DNA of 63,118 bases, filler included, from Octopus bimaculoides (GCF_001194135.2; 5 parts of 4 records of this genome joined end to end with filler, not necessarily neighbours in it), one strand, 5' to 3'. Shown: positions 1 through 11,350, counted from the whole stretch's first letter. Notes: generated from the letters alone by a model not told the origin. Made by a program: numbers and translations.

Positions 1-229
1 AAAAGACACCATTTCGAGCGTGGCCGTTTTCGTGCGGGTGACACGTAAAAGCACCCACTACACTCTCTGAGTGGTTGGCGTTAGGAAGGGCATCCAGCTG
101 TAGAAACTCTGCCAAATCAGACTGGAGCCTGGTGTTGCCATCCGGTTTCACCAGTCCTCAGTCAAATCGTCCAACCCATGCTAGCATGGAAAGCGGACGT
201 TAAACGATGATGATGATGATGATGATGAT
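1..229 (+). mobile_element. 3' UTR and (GAT)n tail of an RTE-clade LINE or its non-autonomous derivative
   Basis: AAAAGCACCCACTACACTCTC..GGCGTTAGGAAGGGCATCCAGCTGTAGAAAC..CAACCCATGCTAGCATGGAAAGCGGACGTTAAACGATGATGAT. The same sequence recurs at least 5 more times in the window and follows an RTE ORF end at ~7000. Confidence 0.8.
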
Positions 230-230
230 C

Positions 231-388
231 TTGTTTGTTGTTAACAACGTTTCAACTGATATACCCTCCAGCCTTCATCAGATGTCTTGGGGAAATTTCG
301 AACCCGGGTTCTCATTCCTAAATTTCTTCAAGACACCTGATGAAGGCTGGAGGGTATATCAGCCGAAATGTTGTGTTAACAACAAATA
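231..388. mobile_element. Fold-back (inverted repeat) Penelope-like terminal fragment
   Basis: Arms 231-298 and 320-388 are near-perfect reverse complements around a ~21-nt loop. Each arm carries CTGATGAAGGCTGGAGGGTATATCAG(C/T)(C/T)GAAA. Confidence 0.7.
332..377 (+). ncRNA. Minimal type-I hammerhead ribozyme-like motif (one core substitution)
   Basis: GACAC-CTGATGA-A-GGCTG[GAGGGTATAT]CAGCC-GAAAT-GTT^GTGTT. Stem I is GACAC/GTGTT and stem II is 5 bp. GAAAC is mutated to GAAAT here but intact in the opposite arm. Confidence 0.5.
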
Positions 389-1042
389 AGATGAAGACAA
401 ATATCCCTCAAATGTAAATAATGTAAATAATTCCTCATCTAATAAATATAGAACTGTATAAATCCAAGAGTTTGGGATTTTTATTCACATACCTGGCAAC
501 CCTGGTTGTCTACTGTGAAGTATAAAATAATTTTTTTCACCTTATTATACTTTGATATGGAAAAAATTCACAACCTTCCACCCCAATAAACCACTGTTGT
601 TCCTGAAAGTTGTTTTTTATATTTTCTATGAATTTTAATATTTTCTATGGATTGCTTGAAACTCACTTTCTTCCTATACTTTGATCCTTGGATCTTACAT
701 ATATACATATATAAATACACACACACTCGCTCATATATAGATTTTGATGCTTACAATTTTATATATGTGTGTACATACATATATATATATATATTTATAC
801 AAACCTACGAAAATATATTTAACTATATAAATATGTTATGTATGTATATATATATATGTATATGTGCGTGTGTGTGTGTGTACAGTGTGTATATTTACCT
901 ATCTCATTATCTCTTTCTCTCAATATAAATATGTATCTACACACATATATAGATACATACACATACATATATGTGCATGTGTATGTGTAAGTGTACTTAC
1001 ATATGTGCACATACATGCACACACATGCACACACATGCATGT

Positions 1043-1045
<3 letters not shown>

Positions 1046-1085
<40 letters not shown>
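1046..1085. repeat. (CA)n microsatellite within an AT/AC-rich simple-repeat tract (~700-1085)
   Basis: Seen directly. Confidence 0.95.
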
Positions 1086-1086
<1 letters not shown>

Positions 1087-2108
1087 TATGTTTGTGTTGT
1101 TATTATATACCTGTCTGTTCATCTGCGTGTTTATCAATTCAGTGTGGAATTTGAATAGATTATAATTAAACTAACTCTGAAACAGAAAATATATTTAAAT
1201 TATAGATTATGTATTCAAGAGTTGAAAAATTCAGTCTTGCACAGCAAAGATAGTAAATTTCATAGAATGTAAGGCATATTTACCATTCTTTCTGAATAGA
1301 AATTACAAAATATTCAACCATTTTAGAATTTGATAATTAGTGATATATATATATATATATGAATGAATGAATGAATGAATGAAAGCTAATACGAAAAAGA
1401 AAGCCAACTGTTTTGTTCATTAAAAGGTAAAGTTAGTCGTGATAGTGTAACTATTATTTTTGTCTACAATCTCTGTTTCAGGATTAATCTTTCATTTTAA
1501 GTCTGTTGTTTTACAATAAAACAAGACATAGAAATGTAAAAATTGAAATACAATGCAAAATATCTGTGATTTATATTTATATGTCCTTATCTTAAATAAG
1601 TTTTTTTGATTATTCATTGGTAAGCGAAAGGAGATTTGAAGTGCATGACAGTTAAGTATTATGCTAAATATAATTATGGTTCCTATTGTTTTATCTTAGT
1701 TTCTGTATTTCTTTTCATAACCAGAATAAAGTAAAAATAGAAATAAAAATAGAAAATGAGAAATCTGTGACGTTCAAAGTTCAGTGGGTGACTAGTTTTT
1801 GTAAATTGAAAAATCGGAAATTTATAGTTTCTACAAAGTATGAAATATGGAAATTTGAACTTGGCAACAGAGTGTTGATTCAGCTTGGAAATTGTTGCTT
1901 CAATAACTCCACTTTGGAATCCAACCACAAAAATATGAATTGCATTCATTAACTGGTAAAGTATATTTTTAGAATTAATAAAAATATTATTGTGTTTTTG
2001 CAAAGCAATTTTGTATTATGTCAAAGACACTGGAATACCTTAGTATTGGAAAGGCTTTGAACAATTTGTTGTATCACTCACGAACAAAACTTTTGTGCTT
2101 GATGCTCA

Positions 2109-2232
2109 GCTGCTGCACCTGCTGCTGCTGCCGCCGCCACCACCACCACCACCTACAACAACAACAACCACCTCTTCTTCTTCTTCTTCTTCTTCTTCTT
2201 CTTCTTCTTCTTCTTCTTCTTCTTCTTCTTCT
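2109..2232. repeat. Compound trinucleotide microsatellite (CTG)(CCG)(CCA)(ACA)(CTT)n
   Basis: Seen directly. Confidence 0.95.
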
Positions 2233-2329
2233 TTTCTATTATAATTCCTTTCACATTTATGATGCTTCATAAACCTATTAAGCTGACCTCAGAGTCTAAT
2301 CTTTTATTGAGATTTTTATCACACAACAG

Positions 2330-2920
2330 GTGAACAATACTAAATCTACCTGATGGTTCCCAACAGGTTAGTTACTAGTTCACTGCATTTCCCGAGGATG
2401 AGGTTGACAAAGGAGTGTCTCTTAGTCAATGCAGAACAAGTATATCAAGGAACTTGTTTTCTTGACCACTTGCTGGACCTCCATCCAGGTAGGCTGGTTC
2501 ATGTGGCTCAATCAAAGGTCAGATTTCCATATAAAATCAGGTGAGTTGACCATTTCTTCACCTCCTTGAACTGTTGCATTAGGCTTTTTAGCTCCTTCCT
2601 GGGTTAAAGGAAGCCACTAGTTCCAAGGAAAGTTTCACTGCTTTCTGTGCTCCGTCCCAAATTTCAGAGCTGCTTGGTCCACATTTATGGTAACCATTGT
2701 CTACAAGTTTCAATCAGTTTTAGTTTTGGTCATTCTTTTTAAATGGCTACAATTTTAAGTAGAGATACTTTTTGTTAGCTTAGGTTCAATTTAGCTGACA
2801 ATATTCTTTTATTCTTCATGGGTCTGGATCTTGTGTCATTTGGTGGTTTTGGAAACTGTGGAGGTGACTCAGGACCTGGTTCCTTCTTCATCTAACCATT
2901 GTTGGTCTCTTAGCACTGTG
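2330..2920 (-). mobile_element. Highly decayed HERO-like non-LTR retrotransposon remnant
   Basis: Minus-strand translation pieces EEGTRS/PESPPQF and NQPTWMEVQQVVKKTSS resemble the pre-RT region of HERO elements; many stops. Confidence 0.35.
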
Positions 2921-3171
2921 ACATTAGAAAGTATATGAAACATGTAGTGGAAAAGAGTTGAAATATGAAATGAAACTGTGTACATTCAAAAGAAATATGC
3001 CAGAGGAAGTTCTAACGTCTTGAATTATAGCAAAGAGGAGAAAAATAATTAGGTAAAGGAAAAAAGCATAGTAATGACAAGGAATTTATGAGGTCCTTTT
3101 TAAAGTGAAGGCTTAGTATAAAAAGGTAGTTGGAGAGAAGGATAACTGAACTTGAAGTAGAGACACAAACT

Positions 3172-3197
3172 GGGTTAGGGTTAGGGTTAGGGTTAGG
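3172..3197 (+). repeat. Short interstitial telomeric repeat GGG(TTAGGG)3TTAGG
   Basis: Seen directly. Confidence 0.9.
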
Positions 3198-3427
3198 CGA
3201 GTAAAATGGGAAGAGAGAGATGGAAGAAGGGGGAGAGACTAAGTGTGGAGAGAAAAACGAAGAGAGAAAGGAGAGGAAAAGAACAAAAGAGGGAGAGTAA
3301 GTGAAAGATGAGTGGTGGGAGCTGAAAATGATGGTGCATATTGGTGTTTGTGTATCGTGAAGTGTAGTGAAATATAGAACGTTGTGATATGAATGTAGGA
3401 GTTAAACAAGTCAGAGCAAGTTTGTGT

Positions 3428-3558
3428 GGGCATCCAGCTGTAGAAACTCTGCCAAATTAGATTGGAGCCTGGTGTTGCCATCCGGCTTCACCAGTCCTCA
3501 ATCAAATCGTCCAACCCATGCTAGCATGGAACGCGGACGTTAAACGATGATGATGATG
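3428..3558 (+). mobile_element. RTE-family 3' end fragment with (GAT)n tail
   Basis: Near-identical to 87-229. Confidence 0.8.
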
Positions 3559-4766
3559 AATGCATTCAGCTAATAATGTAAATACACACACAATTAAAAA
3601 GAAAATGACCGACTTATATATTGCATAAGATTGAGTGAAGATGGAAGATTATCACTGAGAAATTGACACTAGATTAATGAAGTCATCTTATTTATTTCAA
3701 GAAAACAGGAAATACGTAAGAAATTTGTTTTTAAAGTAGGAGAGTGAAAAGAGGAAGGCATTTTTTTCTGCCCAGGGAAAAAAGCTTAATACTGTAACCA
3801 GCTTGAGTATTTGGATTTTCTTAAGAAAAAAAAAATAGAATCTAAAAATACTTTCAAATAATATGGAAATGAAATAAGGAAAAGAGGGTTTTGTAGGAAG
3901 AATGAGATCAAAAAGAGAGAAAACAAACTCAGAAAGAAGAGAGAAAAAAACAATAGGAAATTGTCGAATGATTAACTTACCCAACGTCTTTTGATACCTC
4001 CTGGGATATCAAAGTCTTTAGTTTTTGAAGGTAAAATGTATACTATTCAAATTTTGCTTTTGAAAATCAAAAATGTCAAACCAGAAATGAAAGAAGAGAA
4101 GAAATAAAAATATAATTAAACCTACTCAAGATATGATATCTTTGGAGGCGAATAAGAGATGTATCTAGAAAAAGAAACAGGCAAAAGATTGTTTTGATTA
4201 ATATAACATTATATACAATGTTGGGCCTAAAGCTAAAAATCAAAGCATGTTGTTGACTGAGCCAGAAAATGTTTTGCCATAAGCTGAAACCAGCTAATTT
4301 CTGTTGAAGAGCAATAAAACAAATTTGACATTGGATGTTTAAGTGTTTTCTTAATTTATCCTCCAAATTTGTCTCACTTTTTAAATAGAAAACAGACATA
4401 CTTTCTGTCACTTTCTGTATTTCAGTTTTCCTTTTTCTTCACTCTCATCCTGAATTCTTTCAGTTAATTCAATGTGGAAACTTCCCTCCCAGAACTTTAT
4501 TGCCACCAATTAATAGTTGTTCAGTTTTACCCAGGAGGAATTAATCAATGAACCTGGAGCGATTATTTCTGATTGGAATTTTACAAAAGTGCAGTTTTTA
4601 AAACCAATGAAAGCGGTATTTCATTAAGAATTGAGAAAAATAAGAAAAAAGCAAAATGATAATCATCAAAAATCTGCTGAAGGAAAAATATTCCATGTTT
4701 GTTTGTTTTTACTGAGTCAAAAAGAATTAAATCCAACCTAAAAACAAAAATCAAATAGAGGAAAAA

Positions 4767-4950
4767 GTGTGGCTGTGTGATAAGAAGCTTGCTTCCCAAC
4801 CACAGGATTCTACGTTCAGTCCCACTGCATGGCACCTTGGGCAAGTCCCACTGTTCTGTATTCAGTACCACTGCATGGCACCTTGGGCAAGGCTCTCTGC
4901 TCTGTATTCAGCACCACTGCATGACACCTTGGGCAAGTGTCTTCTATTAC
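4767..4950 (+). mobile_element. tRNA-derived SINE (CORE-like, family A) 5' fragment with internal 46-bp triplication
   Basis: Head GTGTGGCTGTGTGATAAGAAGCTTGC; unit TTCAG..CCACTGCATG.CACCTTGGGCAAG starts at 4815, 4861 and 4907. Confidence 0.8.
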
Positions 4951-6029
4951 CGTAATAATTGGTGGTCATATATTAAAATCACATGAATATGAATGTAGTC
5001 AGTCAACTAAAATATAGAAGAGAGATGGTTGAGCCAACATTCAATAAATGGAGGTTTACTCCTCTCTCTATAATCATCTTGTCTATATCTTTTATAGACA
5101 TAAAGTCTATTATGTCTCTCTGTAAGATTACAAGATTTAGTATAAAGAAGATTTGGTGACTAATTCTAGCATGTTGAGCAAACAGAAAGGTGTTCCTTGT
5201 TGGTCTGTGGTCAGTTGGTAGTATATTCCTGTTCCTGTAGAGGTGGTGATATATACTGGCTGTATTCATGTTCATAACCATAGAATATATCCATGTCTCT
5301 AGCAATGTATTAACAGGGGCCTCTATTGATATAGATCAAGTCCTGTATCCATATCTATGGGCTGATAGAGCATCCAGTGTTAGCTGAATGAGTGACTAAG
5401 TGCTGTCTTCTTGTATTTCTAGAGAAAGTTACTGATTGAGTGTTGTATGCATTAGTTTATAAAACTTAGTGAAGTGTTAGTGTATTCATGTAACTACACA
5501 GGGATTAAAGATCAAATGCAAGTTATGTAATTATACAGGGATTAAGGGAAGTAATGCAATTGCAAGGGGATTATGAAGCTAGACCGAAAAGAAAAGAGAG
5601 AAGCTAATGAGTTGCCTACAAGTGTAACGATACTACCAGTTCAATTAATTGTTGAGCATATATCAGACTTGTTAACGATTCACACACAGATTACCATTAA
5701 TTCACCTTTAAGATGATAATTAGTTTAACATCACTTTCTTCTCTTATCTTTCTGTATTCTCTTTATTTGATGTTAAAAAAAACTTTGGTTTTTTATACAT
5801 GATTCAAACATCTTTGCAATCTGATAAGAGAACCAAGATCTCCTGTGTGAATCTAATGCTTTGTGTATCGAGGGACCATCTCCATAAAAACAGACAACAA
5901 ACTCTTTTCTAAACTATTTTTAGATATTTCCTTTGCACGTGATTTATAAACAACCGATTGATAGTCAAACTTTTGTTATTTGTTCAATAATACTTCCATG
6001 CAAACCAATCTTCTAATAACCAGAGACTC

Positions 6030-6285
6030 CATCTTTTACCTTTCACTTGTTAGAGTACGACCGTGCTGGAGCACCACCTTGAAGAATTTTTAGTTGAATG
6101 AATGAATCCCAGGACTTGTTTTTTAAAGCCTGATGCTTATTCTATTGGTCTCTTTTGTCAAACTGCTAAGTTACTGGCTTGTAAAGAAACCAACACCAAT
6201 TGCCAAGTAGTGGTGGTGGGGACAAACACAGACACACAGACACACATGCATACACACACACACACACACACACACACTCAAATAT
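6030..6285 (-). mobile_element. SINE family A, 3' half
   Basis: Matches 22222-22420 (GCTGGAGCACC, TTATTCTATTGGTC, CTGCTAAGTTAC, GGGGACAAACAC). Confidence 0.7.
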
Positions 6286-6544
6286 TCATTATTGTTCCTA
6301 CACAAGAATGTAGTTGACAGTGACTTTGGAGTTTTGGTCAGTTAAGCTATCATTGGCTGGCCAAAACTTCGAAGTCACTCTCAACAACATTCTTGTGAAA
6401 GAACAATAAATTTGTATGCTGCAAAAGTATAGAATATTATTGTAAAATTGTTTTCATAACTGAACCCAAAAAGAAACCTTAATATAGGATTCCAAGAAGC
6501 TTCCGACTAGGAACATGAAGGATTCCAAGAAGCAAGCCAGTTTG

Positions 6545-7327
6545 GAAAAGGAAGATCTGAAGGCTTAAGGATCTTCTGAATAGTCAAAGGTTTAGAGAAG
6601 TCCTAGCTGGAGCATTTAATGAGAAGGAGGAAGAGTTACAGACATGTAACATGGAGGATAACTAGAAGTTTCTATGAGACAACTTACTGGGAGTCACAGA
6701 CCAAATTTGTGGCTAGTGCAAAGTTCCAACCAGACCTAGGGTGACATGGTGGTAGAACAGTGTAGCTGAGAGGGCCATTAGAGCAAAGAAGCAGGCCTGG
6801 AAGGACTGGAAGTGTGGTGGTAACAGAACCATATCAGGTAGCTAGAAGGGAAGCTAGGTGGCAGGTATACTTAGCCAGGGGTGAAGCAGAAAGGTAGAAG
6901 TTTACCAATGTTTTGCAGTGTGAGGACCAAGTGATGAGGAAATAAAGTAGGATATTTGGATGTTGGATCCTATAGAGGTGATAGCAAGTGATCAAGACCT
7001 TTGGTGATTTGTTTGAGAAGACCCGTGAAGCCAGGTGAAACAATAGTCATAACCAGTGCCAGTGGCATGCAAAAGGCACCCGTGCTTGTGAGAGGGTAGA
7101 GGCACCAATGCTGGTGACATGTGAAAGGCACCCGTGCTTGTGACAGGGTAGAGGCACCAATGCTGGTGACATGTGAAAGGCACCCATGCTTGTGAAATGT
7201 AAAAGGTACCCTCTACACTCTTTGAGTGGTTGGTGTTAGGAAGGGCGTCTAGCTGTAGACACCGTACCAAATCAAACTGGAACCTGGTACAGCTCTCAAC
7301 CCATCTAGCATGGAAGACAGATGCTAA

Positions 7328-7360
<33 letters not shown>
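6545..7360 (+). mobile_element. RTE LINE copy with an internal deletion removing the RT domain
   Basis: Linker-region translation KIWRLKD..RFREVL..TWW*NSVAERAIRAKKQAWKDWK..ARREARWQVYLARGEAER..EDQ joins at ~6935 to a C-terminus-like SDQDLW..EKTREAR*, then the 3' UTR and (GAT)n tail. Confidence 0.7.
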
Positions 7361-7654
7361 TATATAAATACGATGGGTTTCTTTCAGTTTCCATCTATCA
7401 GATCCACTCACAAGGCCTGAGGCTATAGTAGAAAACAGTTGTCCAATATTCGTTTTAAATTCTTAGAAGTTTGGGATGAAGTTCCAGAAAGTAGGTATGA
7501 AGAAATATATATTTGTTGTGAAAAGTATGTTTAAGGAAAGGCCCAGCCAATTTGGCTGCCCCACAGGCTGACCAAACCGATATTAGGCCACTAAAACAAC
7601 CAGTGTCTAAACTGACATAAAATTAAATACAGCGTTGGCAATCCTATGGATATT

Positions 7655-7885
7655 GGTATCATGTAAAAAGTACCTGTGCTGATGCCATGTTAGGAGCTGG
7701 CATCCCATAAAAAGCACCCCATACATTCTGTAAAGATGTTGGCATTAGGAAGCGCACCCATCTGTAGAAATCATGTCAAAACAGACAATTGAGGCCTTGT
7801 ACTGCCCTCTGGGTTGCCAGCTCCTGTCAAACCATCCAACCCATGCCAGCATGAAAGATGGATATTAAATGATGTTGATGATGAG
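7655..7885 (+). mobile_element. Older RTE-family 3' end fragment
   Basis: Diverged copy of 1-229 ending CAACCCATGCCAGCATG..TTAAATGATGTTGATG. Confidence 0.7.
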
Positions 7886-8074
7886 GAGGAGGAAGGGGAT
7901 GACTCCATTACATATCTGGTACATTAACCTGGAGATTATTTATATTACTAATTAGAATATTTAATTAATTATTTGGTTTTGGAGGGAGAGGTTTTGTCTT
8001 CACAGGCCTTCCAAAGCCTTCTGGGACTCTTCAGATCAATGCAGTCGATAGTCTTCTTTTGATTGGTTACTTAC

Positions 8075-8131
8075 AATGAATATATTTCAGATCTGCTGCA
8101 GCTAGCAGAGAGCTGAGATCTTTCTTTCTTT
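8075..8131 (-). other. Candidate 57-nt internal exon of an unidentified host gene
   Basis: Acceptor ttgaccttccttcAG and donor GTAAGT; length is a multiple of 3; two open phases (RKKDLSSLLAAADLKYIH or KKERSQLSASCSRSEIYS). No protein recognised. Confidence 0.3.
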
Positions 8132-8811
8132 CTGAAGGAAGGTCAATGCTTAGAGGGTTTCCAACTGTTTTTAGAGTGGAAGTATAGATAAAGTATGGAT
8201 GAAGGTAATGAAGCAAATATTCGTTTTAAATTCTTAGAAGTTTGAGAGGAAGATCCAGAAAGAAGGTATGAAACAATAAATATTTGTTGTCTATTGTTTT
8301 GCTGTTGGTCTGCTTTGAAAAGTTTGTGGTCAAAATCTGTCCTGACTGTGACCATCTGATTGTTTTATGTTTTAAACAGTGTATTCAAAACTACATTATT
8401 GTTTATGTTCCTGTTAATAAGCTGTATTTAATTTGTTGGAGATACGACAGCTATTTCCAGCAGGGTGAGTGACTGCGATATGGTTACCTCATTACTTTGA
8501 GAAATACTTACAATGGAATGTAGATTAATAGACATAATAACTGTTTCACCATGAGCAATCTCATCACAATCATTTAATATTTAATCTTTATTCTCTTCTT
8601 TGTTAAATTACATTAAGGTGTAATTGTTATTGTCATAACTAATAGCTTTTCTAATCAGAATGATTGCATTTACAATGAAGCTATAAGTCGCAAAGAAGTA
8701 AAATGCATAACAAATTCAAACATGCTGCCTACTTGTAACCTTTTAGAGATTCTGGTAATTTATTTCAATAAATGGTTGGATTCTGGTCAAGCAGCCAACA
8801 ACTGTATCATT

Positions 8812-8813
8812 AC

Positions 8814-8858
<45 letters not shown>

Positions 8859-8998
8859 TTAACGTCCACCTTCCATGCTGGCATGGGTTGGACGGTTTGA
8901 CAGAAGCTGGCCAGGGCAGAAGCCTGCACCATGGTTGTTATGGCTGGATGCCCTTCCTAACACCAACCACTCCGCAGAATGGGCTGGGTGCTTCTTAC
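8812..8998 (-). mobile_element. RTE-family 3' end fragment with (GAT)n tail
   Basis: (CAT)n followed by TTTAACGTCCACCTTCCATGCTGGCATGGGTTGG..GGATGCCCTTCCTAAC. Confidence 0.8.
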
Positions 8999-9203
8999 TA
9001 TGGTTGGCACAGCTCTTTGCATAACCATTATACCAATGGCTTCAGCTAGCTAAGCAACACATGTAACATGCATTTCACATGTTGCACTCCCTCAACTCAA
9101 TAATGAATACCAAAGTGTGGAGAGTAAATACCAAGGTGACTTCATTTGGTGAAATTCTTTACAATTGCTGCAAATTCATTATTCTCTGTTGACCAATGAC
9201 ATG

Positions 9204-9445
9204 GTAGAGAGAGAGGGAGAGAGGTAGAGAGGTAGAGAGGGAGAGAGGTAGAGAGAGAGGGAGAGAGGGAGAGAGGTAGAGAGGTAGAGAGGGAGAGAGG
9301 TAGAGAGAGAGGGNNNNNNNNNNAGGTAGAGAGGGAGAGAGGTAGAGAGAGAGGGAGAGAGGGAGAGAGGTAGAGAGGTAGAGAGGGAGAGAGGTAGAGA
9401 GAGAGGGAGAGAGGGAGAGAGGTAGAGAAGGAGAGAGGTAGAGGA
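9204..9445. repeat. Purine-rich (GAGAGGTA/GAGAGG) minisatellite
   Basis: Seen directly; interrupted by a 10-N gap. Confidence 0.9.
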
Positions 9446-9650
9446 ATTAGGGAGGGATGAGAATGAAAGAAAAACAGAGAAGGGATAGAGTGAGGTAAAA
9501 GAGGAGGGAAGGTAAGAATGAAAGGAAGGCCAAGAAATGTGAGAGAAGGGGGAAAAAAAGAGAAGAGAGGAAAGAACGAAGAAAGTGTGAAGGGGCTGAA
9601 AGAAAGAGTAAGGGAGTCGGACAGAATTTAGATATATATATATGCATATA

Positions 9651-10190
9651 TCATCATCATCATCATCATCATCGTTTAACGTCCGCTTTCCATGCTAGCA
9701 TGGGTTGGACGCTTTGACTGAGGACTGGTGAAACCGGATGGCAACACCAGGNNNNNNNNNNNNNNNNNNNNNNNNNNNNNNNNNNNNNNNNNNNNTTAAT
9801 TAATTAANNNNNNNNNNNNNNNNNNNNNNNNNNNNNNNNNNNNNNNNNNNNCTACCCGGAATTCATTGCTGTACTCATTTCCAACCCTCACCTTACTGGC
9901 AGCATCTCTGTACATGGCTCGCACAGCTCTCACTAACCATTCTTCTATCCCAAGTTTCCTCATTGACCACCAGATAAGGGATCGGGGGACCCTGTCAAAG
10001 GCTTTCTCCATATCAACAAAAGCCAGGTACAGAGGTTTATCCTTAGCTAGGTATTTCTCCTGCAACTGTCTCACTAGAAATAAGGCATCAGTAGTGCTTT
10101 TACCTGGCACGAACCCAAACTGCATCTCATCTAAATTGATTCGCTCCCTAATTAGTTGGGCTATGACCCTCTCTGTAACTTTCATAACCT
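9651..10190 (-). mobile_element. 5'-truncated RTE LINE: RT fragment plus 3' tail across a gap
   Basis: 9852-10185 encodes QFGFVPGKSTTDALFLVRQLQEKY..LAFVDMEKAFDRVPR (RT motifs). 9651-9751 is the reverse complement of the shared 3' tail. Linkage across the gap is unproven. Confidence 0.85.
9796..9807. other. Assembly gap spacer TTAATTAATTAA (also 25104-25115, 34832-34843, 46306-46317)
   Basis: Identical 12-mer centred in ~100-bp N gaps, with stops in all frames; artefact. Confidence 0.95.
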
Positions 10191-11314
10191 AAGCAAATAT
10201 ACACATATTGCACATGCACACACACATATACACATACCACACTTATGTATATTGAAGGATACTTTTTAAAAAACACTATATGCATATATATCTCTTATTT
10301 TTTACTTGTTTCAGTCATTAGACTGCAGCCAAACACAAAAATACATTTATTCATGAGTATATAAATACATGTATATGCACGGCCTCTATATATATTTAAT
10401 ACTCATTATTTCATATATTCAATAAGACATTCAATACTTCATTTCATTTTACTATTTATATTATATATTCCATATTCTATATCCCACATTAATTTTATAA
10501 GAATATAAATAAAACATAAAAAACAGAGTTGGAACTCTTTTAAATAATATATATATATATATAATCAAAATAAGTAACAAGGATATCCAGAGGTAATGCA
10601 GTATAATTGTTTCATGCAACTCCATTTAATTGAACAATGTAATCATTTCATCAATTTAAAATGCAGAGCAATCCTCAGTTGCACAAAGACATAGAATTTA
10701 ATTAAATTAGAACAGATGGGCACATTAGTATAATAATACCTAAAATCTCCAAGAAGTTAAGGAGATAGACAAAGTACCTGTTGTCTCTGCTACAACATAG
10801 AAGTTAATAAGTAAATTGTCAAGAAGACTCTGCCTGCCACTGATTTTATTTGTTTTTTATGGGGTCAGTTTTAATTTACAGACTAGTTTATCAAACCTTG
10901 TATATCTAAGGCTGGGAAATTAAAGGCCATTATCTGTTAGGGCTAGGGTTGAGAGAGCAGACAGAAATTCTAGTTGGTATAGCCATAAAAATCATGAGGT
11001 TTGGTAAAAGAAAACTTAAAACAAGATGTTGGCTGACAACTAAGGGGGGTCACCCACTAGCAGACCATTGATAATGAAACAGGGGAAGTTTTATCATGTA
11101 GTACTATAGTTAAATGTTTTAAAACAATGTTACTATATTGTATACAGATAAAGTTTATGGCTATTCAGAAGGTTATTAAGAAGAATATATTAACAAAAGG
11201 ATAGAAATTTATGGATACTTTTGAGTATATACCAAACTTTTTACCACAATAAAGGGAGGAAAACAAATTATTCAGAAATAGTTTAATATTTATACATATT
11301 GTACACTTAAATTC

Positions 11315-11350
11315 CTTTCTGTTGAAGAGCATAGGATCGAAACGTAAAAG
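11315..11350 (+). ncRNA. Degenerate minimal hammerhead-like motif in a PLE-type terminus
   Basis: CTTT-CTGTTGA-A-GAGC[ATAG]GATC-GAAAC-GTA^AAAG; A6 of the core is replaced by T. Confidence 0.4.

Noticed and set aside
493-512. 20-nt minus-strand microexon with good splice sites
   Set aside because: CAGGGTTGCCAG is also a typical hAT-type transposon terminus; there is no independent support.
8380-8464. Plus-strand exon (tttaaacAG..GTGAGT)
   Set aside because: The peptide is unrecognisable, no partner exons were found and it conflicts with the minus-strand candidate; such sites arise by chance.
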